A stretch of DNA of 64,000 nucleotides from Cladosporium halotolerans (lineage: Eukaryota). Shown here one piece after another: positions 20,904-32,649 of the stretch. Numbering within the stretch: position 1 is the first letter of the stretch; every line of letters begins with the position of its first letter. The notes below the pieces were generated by a model. The model had not been told where the DNA came from and did not search any database. It saw only the letters and a program-made list of their open reading frames with translations. Position numbers and translations under genes: made by a program. Location of the stretch: contig NW_027191470.1 of NCBI RefSeq assembly GCF_011745625.1, positions 248,001 to 312,000 of the forward strand, in the 5' to 3' direction.

Positions 20904-22337
20904 ATGGAGGCCCTAATGAAGCGCATGCACCTGGAGAGATGGGCCGGTCACATACAAGCGCCACGGAATCCCCGGTTACCCTGCCGCGATGCTGCGAGAA
21001 TCGAGCACAGGAGGATCACTGCGAAGGGAATTCAGGTACAACAACAATGGGCGCAAAGGAGGGCCTACACCGTGTCGGCAAGGAGGATGGCGGAGGTGGA
21101 ACAAGTTCAAGAGGCGGACATCCCATTGAAAGAAACCGGAAGCACTCCTGCGAAGGCTGCTAAAAGACAACCACCCGTAGCACGGGTAAGGAACTTCTAC
21201 CATGACCTCCAGACACCCTCACATGCGCGAGCTACACAGTCCGCGAAGCTGGCCGCTCTCCACGCCAGACTGTCGCTGCCTTCGAAACTCCCCTTGCAGA
21301 CCCTGGCGAGATGTCTGATAGATTCATCTGTCGATCCTAGGCCCGGATACAACAACGCCCCTCTCGCTCTCCTTGGTCAAGACTTGCTCGGTTACTATAC
21401 ATCAGAGCACCTGCTTTGCCACTATCCCCGCATCCCAATGCCTGTCCTCTTCGCCGCGCAGTACGGTTACGTCGGTCCCGCAACCCTCGGAGCACTGCGT
21501 TCGGAATGGGGTGTTGAGGTCGCAGCCGCGCCTGGTCAAGAAGTCGACCCTGGTCTTTTGCAGCTCAAGCGCGTGGCACCTGGAAATGCTCTCAGTGAGG
21601 ACGGAATGACCCTGAAGAAAGACATGCCCAGCCTCAGGCGTCTGCAAACCGGCCGTCGCAACGAAGAATACCACTACCGCCGAGGCATTTCCAGCCGCAT
21701 TGTATACGATGACCAATTCGGCGATCTGCAGACTGGCATGCCCGACCCTGACGCGAAGCCTTACCCCGGCGTTCCTATGTCATCCCGCCGTGAAGAGCAC
21801 AACACCGACGAAGTCGCAAAGCAGGAAGCCCAGAATGTTGCTCCTGAGGAGCCTCAAGAAGGCGTCACCGTCGAGGCCGCCAGTGCTTCCTTCGTCCGCG
21901 CGCTGGCCGGTGCCCTCCACTTGCACGCCGGCGCGTCTGCCAGCAAAGCATTCCACACCGAACACATTCTCAGCCGTCACCTCCAGCTCCACCAGCTCTT
22001 CAACTTCAATCACCCCACCCGCGATCTCTCCCGTCTTTGTCTCCGCGAGAACTTCGAGCCCCCTGTCGCTCGTCTGGTCAGCGAAACCGGTCGTCACTCT
22101 CGTAGCCCTGTCTTCGTTGTTGGTGTATACAGTGGCGATGAGAAGCTGGGCGAGGGCGCAGGAAGCAGTCTGAACGAAGCCCGCGTGCGCGCAGCAGCGG
22201 CTGCGCTCCGCAGCTGGTACCTGTACTCGCCGACCGTGTCGGAGGTCATGGTTCCCAGCGATATGGAGTTGGCAGAGGTCAAGGCGAGAAGGAGCTTCAA
22301 GCCGCAGATGGTTGACGTTGGCGAGATCATCTCCTAG
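20904..22337 (+). CDS. MRPL3: Mitochondrial large-subunit ribosomal protein mL44 (yeast MRPL3), RNase III-like plus dsRBD
   Basis: SAKLAALHARLSLP, PGQEVDPGLLQ, PTRDLSRLCLRENFEPPVARLVSETGRHSRSPVFVVGVYSG; start at 20904 or 20916. Confidence 0.9.
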   Translation: MEALMKRMHLERWAGHIQAPRNPRLPCRDAARIEHRRITAKGIQVQQQWAQRRAYTVSARRMAEVEQVQEADIPLKETGSTPAKAAKRQPPVARVRNFYHDLQTPSHARATQSAKLAALHARLSLPSKLPLQTLARCLIDSSVDPRPGYNNAPLALLGQDLLGYYTSEHLLCHYPRIPMPVLFAAQYGYVGPATLGALRSEWGVEVAAAPGQEVDPGLLQLKRVAPGNALSEDGMTLKKDMPSLRRLQTGRRNEEYHYRRGISSRIVYDDQFGDLQTGMPDPDAKPYPGVPMSSRREEHNTDEVAKQEAQNVAPEEPQEGVTVEAASASFVRALAGALHLHAGASASKAFHTEHILSRHLQLHQLFNFNHPTRDLSRLCLRENFEPPVARLVSETGRHSRSPVFVVGVYSGDEKLGEGAGSSLNEARVRAAAAALRSWYLYSPTVSEVMVPSDMELAEVKARRSFKPQMVDVGEIIS

Positions 22338-22876
22338 ACGGAGACGTGTCCGGCGAGCGTTATAATCCCGAAGCGGGCAAGTGATGTGCTGCCAGCCGCG
22401 GATGAGTGTACAGATATAAGCGGAAAAGCGAGCGGGACTGCATGATGGCATGGCTCGTGTTAGGATTCGGAGCATCAAATACTAGGTGGCGTCGGGCGCT
22501 TTCTTGCCCACCACTCATGTGTGTAGATATATTTGCATAAAGGTTCTTTTACATTGTTTTTGCGCCTCCTGCTCGTGACAAGAAGCTCTATTCAAGTGTT
22601 TTCCTTCACGGCTTGGGTATCTTCCAGCAAGTCATATTCTCCTCCCAGCTCTCCCACAATTCCAAATTCGGCTTCGAGGAGCGTGATTTCAGCGATTTCG
22701 CCAATGCACGACATGTTCGGCGCAGATCCGCCTGACCATCCGGCATCTCTAGCTCAATTTCATTGTCCATCGTCCGCATACCTTCTCAGCCCTCCTGTTC
22801 CCCGGCCGAACCGCAGCGGACTCTTAATCCTCGAATCTTAGTCGTGAAAGCATGAACCGTCGTCTTATCTCGTCCT

Positions 22877-23400
22877 TTAATTACCACGACCGCGACCTCT
22901 CCCACGCCCGCCCCGGCCCATACCGCGACCGCGATCGCCTCTTCCACCACCGTGATCTCCCCTACCGCCGCGGTGTCCACCTCTCTGCGCCTGTGCGCTC
23001 GCCTGCTGCTCTTTCACGATGTCGACGATCTCGTCCGGTACACGGAGGTACTTGACCTGTAAAAGCGCGAAAAGGTCAGCATATACGTTGCGATTGCGCT
23101 CCTTTCTAGCTTGGTCGTGGGGAATTGCTTACGTTGTTTCCGCGCACATAGCATTCAGGCAGGCGGAAGAACTTGTCGCCTTCGGGGCTGGTTTGCACAA
23201 CTTCCTTGAGGGTGAGGTTCATGTAGGTGTCGCATTGTACCAGGTGGCCGTTGAGGGTTTCGCCGTTCTTGAGCTCGACGAGCATGGGGTGGCCTTGGGC
23301 CGCGGTGAGGAGGCCGAGCGGCAGCTGTGAGTGGGTTTGGTGTTAGTTGCGCGCAAGTCGTAGATGGGAGGTATTGAGGGTGTATGGGCAGGCGTACCAT
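22877..23400 (-). CDS. LSM4: U6 snRNA-associated Sm-like protein LSm4; 3 exons, the first coding exon being ATG only
   Basis: [43 protein letters not shown]...[16 protein letters not shown] followed by an RGG tail. Confidence 0.95.
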
Positions 23401-23843
23401 GCTGGGCCGATTCTTGAAGTGCTCGTAAACAAGATGCGACTGCTATCCGCTTGTATTGAGGCGTGGACTGCTGCAATGAATAACTGCTCTATCCGCTCGA
23501 TGCGCTTGCTGATTCGCGCCAGCTTCACCTTGACGTGAGGTCGCTTAAGCCCGATCGAGCTGCGGCGTTGCGAGATCGCGTGCCTGAGGCCGCTAGCCTA
23601 TCGATAATCCACAGCCTTCTACAGGTGGCTAAGCCACGGCCGTAGCGAAAGCGAGCCGCCGCCAGGCTGAGGTACAATTATTGCTGCCTGCCCGCTGCCG
23701 AGTCGCGCGCCCTTTTCTGCCCCATAGTCTTCGCTGCCATTGTTGGAGGGGAGCGGAGCTCGTGATTGTATCTCTACTGCTGAAGGAGGAAGAATCCACC
23801 TTCACTGGGCCTGAGATGCTGTGAGGCGACAACGGCGATCACC

Positions 23844-25899
23844 ATGCGCTCGTTCTTGACCACTGGAGTCGCAGCAGCTGCTGTCATCGCCTTCACTTAC
23901 GCTGCGCCAACGCCAGCCAGGGAGATCGAGGTCCTACAATACGGTATGCTCCAGTCCGATATGAATCCACATATCGCTGCCTCCACAGGATTAGCTAACA
24001 ATCAATGCAGACGTCCAAACACAGCACGCGATATTCTCTCTGCCTTGTGCTAGCTGCGAGGCCGCGCAAGCTGACCTGGTATGTCCTCCGCCGCATATGC
24101 TTCCGCCAAGCCCGTGATCCTCCGCATCTTCAGTCAATGCATCTTTGTCGTTTAGTGTTTCGTTCCTGTTTATCCTGAGGTACTGATTCTGAGTGCCTTA
24201 GATCTTCGACATCCAGCCCGCGGCCCCGACGCCACGTGAAGGCTGTGAGGACGTTGTCGACCTTGTCTTGAATGGACAACGACTGGACCTTTGTTTTACC
24301 AAGGCAGTCTTCCACCAGCAATCGACGGCTGGATCCAGCATTTTGCTGAATGTTTCTGATTCTACATATCATTATCACACTGTCAACGTGACTGCCGATG
24401 CTCACAGCACCTCTCAGCCGGCCAAGAATGACAGCGACCACGATCTTTACACTTCGGACATCTTTCTCAAGCTGACATCAATTGACGAGACTGTCCTCAC
24501 ACCCCCGACAGAGATTTTGGCCCAGCTCGACATCCTGCCAGAGAGAAGACTCAAGACACTGCTCTATCACCCGTCACCTCGTCTCATAAACTTCGACAAG
24601 TACCCACAATCATTTACCACCTTTCCTACACCATCCAGAATGGAGAACTTTGAGAAGGATATCGTCCTCGACATTGAGGATGAGCTGGAGGTTCTTCGCA
24701 TGTTGGAGGCGGACGCCGTTGCTCTTCAAGCCGAGCTGACTGCTCGAAAACTGGCCATCAACCAACGCTTCCAGAAACACATGGCCAAGGTGCCGTTGAA
24801 GGAGCTTATCGAGCACTGCGATGGAATCATGTGTGCTGCCAAAGTCATCGCTGGGCGCCTTTGCGACAAGATGGGTGTGGCGGCTGACAGTCCGCCTGAC
24901 TATTCTCAGATTGACTCTCACCTACAGTACATCGTTGCATCATCCGGCAAAAGCGATAGCGACGAAAAAGCAAAAGACCTTTCCTACAGCGAGGTATCGA
25001 ACAGCGGTGAAAGGGTCTCCATCACGTCGTCCAGCGCATATTCAAAGCCTAAGGGCAATGATAGGCCCTCTTCAGCGTCGACCGCTAGCTTTGGCCAACG
25101 GGTCTCTTCCACGATCGGCACATTGGAAGGAAAGCCGCAATTCACTTCAAAGAAAACACTTTCCAACCCTCTAGTGATAGCTCTGGAGATCCTCGCCGGC
25201 ATCCTCGGCCTCTCGGCGCTATGTGCCTTTATCCGCAGAAAATGCATGTCCATGCGCAAACGCGTTGAGCGAGCCGCAGACAAAGAAGAGAGACGGAATG
25301 CCCGCGCCTACCGCCGAGCGGCACGACGCGCGCTCCTGCGCAAGCGATGGGACAACTTCGTCAGCGCCATCTCCTGCTTCGGCACAGCCAAAGAGCCAGA
25401 ACCCCAGTGCTACGAAGAAAAACGCGCGTTGATCTTGCAAGACGCCTTCCTGGAGCAAGACATCGACCTCGCGGAGAAAGGCGAAGTCATGGAAGCTGAG
25501 ATCCGCGAGCTACGCCACGCGCACGACATCGTCGCCGGCCTGATCGGCGTCGACGAGCACCGCTACGACCTCGCAGGCCACCCTCCACCTCCTCCGCACG
25601 CTTACATCCCCGGCACCCTGTCGCGACGGAGCACCGGCGGCACGCTTCCTTCCTACACTTCCGAAAGCCTGCCGGACTACACCTCAACACCAGACACAAC
25701 CGAAGCCAGCGGCAGCGGCGTCGCGGACGGCTTCGCTCATTACACGCCCACCGATTCCGTCTCCGAACATGGCGCCTCGGGATCCACGACGACTTCCGGC
25801 AGCAGGCGAAGCCGGTATACACCTGACAGCAGCGTGATGGCCATCTCGCCGCGGTGCAGCGAGGAGACGCTACGGACGAGGCAGAGCGGCGACTCGTAA
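23844..25899 (+). CDS. Hypothetical type I membrane protein (signal peptide, one TM, basic juxtamembrane segment); 3 exons
   Basis: Signal peptide MRSFLTTGVAAAAVIAFTYAAP; introns ~23945-24010 and ~24079-24201; TM LVIALEILAGILGLSALCAFI; PSY/PDY motifs in the tail. Confidence 0.75.
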
Positions 25900-26748
25900 A
25901 CCTTTTTTTTCCTCTTGTTTCGGCGTTCTTTGGGGGCGAACACAGCACAGCACACGAGGAGACACAGCGGACGGATCAATTTCACTTTCAGTCTTGGGCA
26001 TTACAATGCCGGCCTGCATCCAGGCCTGGCTGGGCGTTTTTACGAATGGGACCCAGACTACTGGGAGCAGACGGACGCGTGTACAAGAACGCGAAGCGGC
26101 ATGTTTTAAATCGTTCGATTCCTTGTCAGATCTTCTTCACGAAATAATGTGTAAATAGCGGGAGCCACTTGGGCTGTAGGAAAGGAACGGGACGGGATAG
26201 GGCGCATGTGTGGGATATATCACGTACAACAATTCGATTGAAGTTTCAACAGCAATGGGCTCTGACAAAGTCCGGACGTTCATGCACACGCGTCGGTCCA
26301 CTCAAGCAAATGAAACCTGGAACTCTGAAGTGACAAGAGAGGTAACGGAGTAAGCATACACTACGAAAAGGCCCACGCGCGAAACCTCCAATAAACCTAC
26401 AAGATTCCACGCGCGGCGAGAAGAAGGTCGAGATCGAAAATACAAGTTGGATGAGTACCGAAAGAACAGGCAAGACAAGGAGAATCGTCGCTGCCTGGTC
26501 GGCTGGGGTCTTTTTCTTTTTCTTTTTCCATGGTCCTTTCCTTCCACCGAGCACAAAGAGAGAGTCAAACTCCGACGCTTTTTTTTGCTCCTTCCGAGAA
26601 CCGAGAGAATCGTGATCGTAAGAGAAGACGGAAGAAAAGAAGTACAAGGGGAAGTGGGTGAGGGAGTGAATGAAGCAGAACAGGCCAAAGGACCCGCCGC
26701 AGCAAAGCCAAGGGAAAAAGACAAAACGAGATGCATCATGCTCCACAC

Positions 26749-29700
26749 TCAGCTGGCCCTTTCCCTCCTCGCAATATAGTACGTCAGCAGCCCGAGCCTC
26801 CCCTCGTCGACGCCCTTGAACTCGCTCCAAAACCCGGCTTTATCATCGCCAAAGCGCGCGAAAACCTCGCACGCAAGCTCGACGTCAGCCTTGCGCACCT
26901 CGGCGTCGCCGTTCTCGACGTAGCGCGCGGCGGTGCGGGCGAGAGCCGCGTCGGTCTCGGGGTTGATCTCGACCTTGCGGGAACGAGCGGTGATGAGGAG
27001 AGCGCGGAGGGTGTTGAGGGACAGTGCGGTGGCGCGGGCGGAGCTGGGGTCTTCGGCGTCGAATGAGGGCAGCTGGTCGTTGACGGCTTCGAGGCAGGCG
27101 ACGGGAGGGGCGAGTTTGATGACTTCCTCGACGGTACGCTCGATGTCGGAGACGACGTTGGGCTCTGCGTGTTGGCGCGCAGCGAGGACGGTGGCGAGAG
27201 AGTTGGCGTACCATGCGGCGGCGTATTTCCGCTGGAGTGTCAGGAGGGCGCGCACGACGCTGAGGGCTTGAACTTTGAGGCCGGCGCTCTTGCTAGAAGC
27301 GAGCTGGTTGAGCCTAGAGTCTGACTTGAAGGAGCGGAGGTAGTCGAGGAGTACGGACATGAGCTCGTCGTATTTGGCGCCGTTGTCCCAGATGTCGAGC
27401 TGGGATTTCGCGAGGTCTTGGACGCGGCGGAAGCCGTGGGCGTCGAGTGCGCGGTTGCGGATGCGTTCAATGCTTGAAGTGACTAGGCGGCGGTTGCGAA
27501 GTGCCTCTGAGCGGTCCTGCTCGGGTGCGGGTGATCGTGATTCAGATGCGTGTCGCGATGGGCTCACGGCCGGGCTAGTGTTGGAGCCAACAGATTGTGT
27601 CGGGCTTTGGCGGACATTCTCGTTCAAAGAAAGCTCGCTCAGAACCTGTCGATCGCCGTTGACGGGAGCCTCGGCCTCGTCGTGGGCCTCAGGATCCTCG
27701 TAGATTTGGACTTCTGCATCTTGCGGCGATACGGATTTGGCCGGACTTGCGCGCCGCGAGATGGGACTCTTGCGAGATGTCTCCATGAAAGGATCGCTCT
27801 TATTGCGACTGTGAGCCGAGCTGGGTCTGTCGAGCCTCTCGCGCGCCTCCTCAAACATGGATTTGAGTGGGCTGCGGTAGTTCATAGGCGATCCTTCCCG
27901 TTGTGAATGGCTGAAGCTAGGCATGACCATCGTGAAGTTGTCCTCATCTGCCGTATGTGGCATACCACTGTCGACCGACGTTGTCTTGTCCAGAGCAGGT
28001 CGTGTTGAAGCGGGATCCGCCGAGCGCCTATCGTGTCTCGAGATGTCCCTGCCTGATGGCAGGACCATGGTGAAGTCGTCCTCTCGAGGACCAGACAGGT
28101 CATCTGTCGGCGGAGCGTTGCTGCCCTTGCTGACTGGTCTTGAGCTTGGCAGCGGCTTCGAACCAGGCAAGGGACTCCGTCTGGGGATCATAGGGCTGCC
28201 CTCTCGACTCCCTCCCGATGGGGCAGCAGTCCTTGCGCGGTTTCTACTTGCGCTGGACCCCGGGACGGAGCCTTTTGATACACCCGTGTCTTTGGGCGGG
28301 CTGTTGGAAGGTGTGCCATTGGCTGGTGTCTCCGGCCTCAAGAGACGCTTGGAGGCGTAAGGATCGGCCGTCTGTGGTCGGGGCATTTCAGGTCTCCGAG
28401 GTCTACGGACGGGGCCAGACATCAATGAACTACCCTTCGAAGTTGTCGAAGACTCAGCAGATGCGTTCGAAGCAGTCGACATGACCCTGCTGTCAGGTCG
28501 CAGCTTTGAGGGTCCTCGGCTCTGAGCACGAAGCTCAGGCTTTGATTTCGATGGTGACAAAGTCGCCATCGCGGAGTTCGGGCGCTCAGGAAGGTTCCTC
28601 GCCGCGCTCTTCGCCCTGCGCTGCTCAGCCATCATCTCCTTAAGCGTCGATCGTCCGCCAGGTCGTGTTGTTGACGAAGTGGATGAAGTGGAGCCTCCGT
28701 GTAGCGCCGCATTGGGATTGTTCGGATCCTTCTCGAGCATGCTCCGTGACTTAGGGTCCAGCTTGTCCATGATTGCATTCGCCTTGTCCGTCCACACCTT
28801 GGCAAACGTCCAGTAAACGGCTCTCATTCCCTCCTTCACCTTAGGGTTGGCGTCGTCCAGTCCTTTCTTGATGCACTTCTCCGCGAGATCAAGGCCGCCT
28901 GAAGACTCAAAGTACGATTTGTAGCCTGTCTGCCTTTTTAGCATTGTTTTGAGCCACTCCGTTGCGCACTGTCTCGTTGATGCGTTCTTCTCTTGCATTG
29001 CGCTCCAGATGTGCTGCATGAGGCGCACATTGTAAGTACAATGCTGGAAGATCGAGTCTGCTGTCTGCTTGCCGTTCTCTGCGGAAATGTGTTTCGTGGC
29101 GGAACTCATCTTGATAAAAGATTGCAAGAGAATCTCGGTATTAGAATCCATCGCAGGTCCAAGGGTCTTCATGAGCTCTTGCACAAGCTGGCAACCATTT
29201 GTAGACATGGTAGTTCGGAGCGAGTTCGCGACTTTGATGAAACCGTCCATAAGAGATTTAATGCCAGCCATGAACGCGTTGTGATATTCACTTGGCGCGT
29301 TTCCTTTCAAGAGTCTCCTGACTTTCAGGGTCGATTTGTCTCTCGGCATCCAGTTGTGTTCCGTTTCTTTGCCCTCGAAGTGTGGCTGCATGTCGCGGAA
29401 TGCATCGGTAAGCTCACGTTCAGTGTGCACGTAGATGGGGTCCATGGGTACGGTCTCGACAGGCGGAGGCTTTGCAGCCTCGCTGTTGATACTGGCGGCG
29501 AAAGCTGTAGCGTGATCGATGGTTGGGAGGCTCCTTGTCGAAGCGTGCATGTCAGCATCCTGCTCTTGCACCGCCGGAGCAGCAGCAGGTCGAGCGTTCA
29601 CGCCGATCTGGGCCAGGATATGGCTCTCAATACCGTGCCTCACTGAATGCGCCTTGAGCTGCTTCTTCAGATCCGCTTTAGCACGATCACTCGCGCCGCT

Positions 29701-30279
29701 GAACAGCTCAACCAACGCGTTCTTTGCCGCGTCACGCACGTGTTCGTCTGCATTCTCCAAGCAAGCCACGATCGGGCCCACGTAGCTCTTGAAAGCCATG
29801 CCTTGTTCCTTGTTCATGCGCACGACCCATGCCATAGCCGTTTCCTTTTGGCGCGCGTGCGTACCTCCAAGCGCGTCTTCCCGAATGATGCGCTCGACAT
29901 CTCCTCCCAAGTACGGGTAGATGTCGGTCATCGCTTGGCTTGCGCTTGCCCGCATCGGCTCCCTGAGATCTCCGAGGCGGTCCTGAAGCGCGGGCAGCAG
30001 ACGGGGCATGAGCTGCTGGATACTGTTGCCGCTGGCATCTTGGATACTGAGTCTCTTTATAAGATGGCCGAGGGTGGAGAAAGCCGAGGCGGCGAGATGC
30101 GCGGAGGTTTGCTGGGTGATGGCGAGCTTCAGACACTCGAAGATGGTCGCCTGGGCGCTCTCCGGCACGCGATAGTGCTTGATGTCGGACTTGAGGCTGT
30201 TGAGCGCGTTGATCTTGGATTCCGAGTTGACGGCGGGACGCTTCAGGTTGCTGAGCAGACTGGCTGCTTGTTGGTCCAT
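26749..30279 (-). CDS. STU1: CLASP-family microtubule-associated protein Stu1
   Basis: HEAT/TOG N-terminus, CLASP_N domain (FEGKETEHNW, SLRTTMSTNGCQL, LDDANPKVKEGMR), Ser/Arg/Pro linker, C-terminal LLTYYIARR. Confidence 0.9.
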   Translation of the reverse strand: MDQQAASLLSNLKRPAVNSESKINALNSLKSDIKHYRVPESAQATIFECLKLAITQQTSAHLAASAFSTLGHLIKRLSIQDASGNSIQQLMPRLLPALQDRLGDLREPMRASASQAMTDIYPYLGGDVERIIREDALGGTHARQKETAMAWVVRMNKEQGMAFKSYVGPIVACLENADEHVRDAAKNALVELFSGASDRAKADLKKQLKAHSVRHGIESHILAQIGVNARPAAAPAVQEQDADMHASTRSLPTIDHATAFAASINSEAAKPPPVETVPMDPIYVHTERELTDAFRDMQPHFEGKETEHNWMPRDKSTLKVRRLLKGNAPSEYHNAFMAGIKSLMDGFIKVANSLRTTMSTNGCQLVQELMKTLGPAMDSNTEILLQSFIKMSSATKHISAENGKQTADSIFQHCTYNVRLMQHIWSAMQEKNASTRQCATEWLKTMLKRQTGYKSYFESSGGLDLAEKCIKKGLDDANPKVKEGMRAVYWTFAKVWTDKANAIMDKLDPKSRSMLEKDPNNPNAALHGGSTSSTSSTTRPGGRSTLKEMMAEQRRAKSAARNLPERPNSAMATLSPSKSKPELRAQSRGPSKLRPDSRVMSTASNASAESSTTSKGSSLMSGPVRRPRRPEMPRPQTADPYASKRLLRPETPANGTPSNSPPKDTGVSKGSVPGSSASRNRARTAAPSGGSREGSPMIPRRSPLPGSKPLPSSRPVSKGSNAPPTDDLSGPREDDFTMVLPSGRDISRHDRRSADPASTRPALDKTTSVDSGMPHTADEDNFTMVMPSFSHSQREGSPMNYRSPLKSMFEEARERLDRPSSAHSRNKSDPFMETSRKSPISRRASPAKSVSPQDAEVQIYEDPEAHDEAEAPVNGDRQVLSELSLNENVRQSPTQSVGSNTSPAVSPSRHASESRSPAPEQDRSEALRNRRLVTSSIERIRNRALDAHGFRRVQDLAKSQLDIWDNGAKYDELMSVLLDYLRSFKSDSRLNQLASSKSAGLKVQALSVVRALLTLQRKYAAAWYANSLATVLAARQHAEPNVVSDIERTVEEVIKLAPPVACLEAVNDQLPSFDAEDPSSARATALSLNTLRALLITARSRKVEINPETDAALARTAARYVENGDAEVRKADVELACEVFARFGDDKAGFWSEFKGVDEGRLGLLTYYIARRERAS

Positions 30280-30580
30280 GGTTGCCTCTGCCTGTCTCTC
30301 ACAGCCGAGAGAAGGGGGCGCGGTGGTGGTCGCTGGGATAGGGTGAGTGCGAAGGCCGGTGGGCGTGGTGTTATTGTTGCATGTGGGTTGTCGCAAGAGC
30401 AGATCAGCGAGCGCAAGTCAGCCTGACTCGGAGTGGTATGGGCGTGAAGTAGTGTCCAAGCGCTGCCGTTTGTGTTTCTGGTGGAGACGATGTTGTTTTG
30501 GTCGCGTTGCTGCACGGAGCAACGCTAGCCCGACCCGCTGCGCCGGGAAGGCGAGCTGGCTATAAAGCCCAAAATGCCTC

Positions 30581-30616
30581 ACGCGTGTGATGAGGTATTT
30601 CAACTCTTGCGCGCGT
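30581..30616. promoter_or_regulatory. MCB elements upstream of STU1
   Basis: Perfect ACGCGT at 30581-30586 and GCGCGCGT at 30609-30616. Confidence 0.45.
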
Positions 30617-31458
30617 CTATCTTTATCCGGCTCAGATAGTAACCCTCTCAGAACATATGTCTTGTGGACAACAGCTCCGTATCAAATGTGATATATCACG
30701 TATTATCAACAAGTCTGGTCGATTGGGAAACCATCGAGCGGCGCGCTGACACGCGCATCCCTGTTCCGCAAGAGCTTCTCGGCTCCGGCCTGCGTCGTCT
30801 GATAGGTAGAACCAAACGGAAACATGACAGCTGCACAAGAAGACGAGCTTTCCTCCGCGGTGGCGATACGAGCGGACGGCACGTGAATGGCTTACAGCAA
30901 TGCCGATGCCCAGGCGCCTTGCAAAGGCTAACAGTCTTTCGTTGATGTGAGCGGGACGTAGGCGTGAGGAACACTTGGTCCGACACGCATTTATTAAATG
31001 CGAGCCATCTTGTGGACAAAATCGCCTTGAAACAATTACTCCCCACGATTACTGGAGTAAGAACATGCCACCGTGATCGCGTTAGAGCAGCTATAAGCGC
31101 AGAGCGAATGACCGAAGGTGGAATGCCATAGCACGAATTTTGTTTCATTATCATTGTCGAGACCACTGTAGCACGGTTTGTGCACCTGCGATATGTGCTC
31201 CGCACGCTCAGGCAGGCAGTTGCGCACATGCTCGTTGGCTTGAGCGGCGGTCCGGGCCACGCTGGCGCGCGCGGGGCTTTGCCGCAATTCGAGGGCTATG
31301 AGTCTACCGCTTGAATTTCATATCGCGGGACGAAACGACATCCACCAGGCTTCAACACCACCTACACCACACGAGCATCTCACCCCAGCCAAGCGGCGCC
31401 CTTTGAAGCCTCAGCAGCAATTACCGCGAGCCCAGCTTCGCCCAAAAGGACCGCAAAC

Positions 31459-32394
31459 ATGTCTCTCACCAACTGCCGCTTCTACGAGGAGAAATTCCCG
31501 GAAATCGACTCCTTCGTCATGGTCAACGTCAAGCAGATCGCCGAGATGGGCGCATACGTCAAGCTGCTGGAGTACGACAACATCGACGGCATGATCCTGC
31601 TCTCCGAACTTTCCCGCAGACGTATCCGTTCCATCCAGAAACTTATTCGCGTGGGCCGCAACGAGGTCGTGGTCGTGCTCCGTGTGGACAAGGAGAAGGG
31701 CTACATTGATCTGAGCAAGCGCCGTGTCAGCCCGGAGGATATCGTCAAGTGCGAGGAGCGCTACAACAAGAGCAAGATGGTGCACAGCATCATGAGGCAC
31801 GTCGCGGAAAAGACCAACACCCCGATCGAGGAGCTCTACCAGGACATCGGCTGGCCGCTCAACAAGAAGTACGGCCACGCCGTCGACGCCTTCAAGCTCA
31901 GCATCACGAACCCGGACGTCTGGAGCGAGGTCACATTCAAGTCCGACACCATCAAGGACGAGCTGCAGGGCTACATCTCCAAGCGTCTCACACCCCAGCC
32001 CACCAAGGTGCGCGCGGACGTCGAGGTTACTTGCTTCGGTTACGACGGCATCGACGCTGTGAAGACCGCGCTCCGCGTGGCCGAGTCCAAGAACACGGCC
32101 GACACCCAGGTCAAGGTCAGGCTGGTCTCTCCGCCCCTGTATGTTTTGACCAGCCAGACGCTGGACAAGCAGATCGGTATCGACGTTCTCGAGCAGGCCA
32201 TCAAGGACATCGACAGCTCGATCCGTGCCGCCGGTGGTATGTGCTCGGTCAAGATGGCGCCCAAGGCCGTCACCGAGAACGACGACGCCGAGCTGCAGGC
32301 TCTCATGGACAAGAAGGAGAGGGAGAACCAGGAGGTCAGCGGCGACGAGGACGACAGCGAGAGCGACGAGGGTGTTGTTGCCGCGAACAACTAG
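31459..32394 (+). CDS. SUI2: Translation initiation factor eIF2 alpha
   Basis: MSLTNCRFYEEKFPE, ILLSELSRRRIRSI (regulatory Ser51 context), KGYIDLSKRRV; intronless. Confidence 0.98.
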   Translation: MSLTNCRFYEEKFPEIDSFVMVNVKQIAEMGAYVKLLEYDNIDGMILLSELSRRRIRSIQKLIRVGRNEVVVVLRVDKEKGYIDLSKRRVSPEDIVKCEERYNKSKMVHSIMRHVAEKTNTPIEELYQDIGWPLNKKYGHAVDAFKLSITNPDVWSEVTFKSDTIKDELQGYISKRLTPQPTKVRADVEVTCFGYDGIDAVKTALRVAESKNTADTQVKVRLVSPPLYVLTSQTLDKQIGIDVLEQAIKDIDSSIRAAGGMCSVKMAPKAVTENDDAELQALMDKKERENQEVSGDEDDSESDEGVVAANN

Positions 32395-32649
32395 ACGCCT
32401 CGCGGACGAGTGATGTTTGAAATGTAGACGGACGGCATGGCGTCTGGCGTTGCAAGACGAGAATCCAAAAGAAAAAAGCATGCATGCTGCTTTTGATGTA
32501 TCAGCGGAAAGCGTGGCGATGCTACTTTTATTTCGGCTCCAATGAGATCCGACCTGCTTTTCTCGCAATTAGACAGATATTTTGGGGTATCACGAAATGA
32601 ACCAAGAAATTCTACAACAAGAACAGCGCAATCCCCCGTTCGCACCGCT

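Noticed and set aside
26246..26830. Hydrophobic ORFs downstream of STU1
   Set aside because: T-rich low-complexity 3' UTR sequence read as Phe/Leu/Ser.
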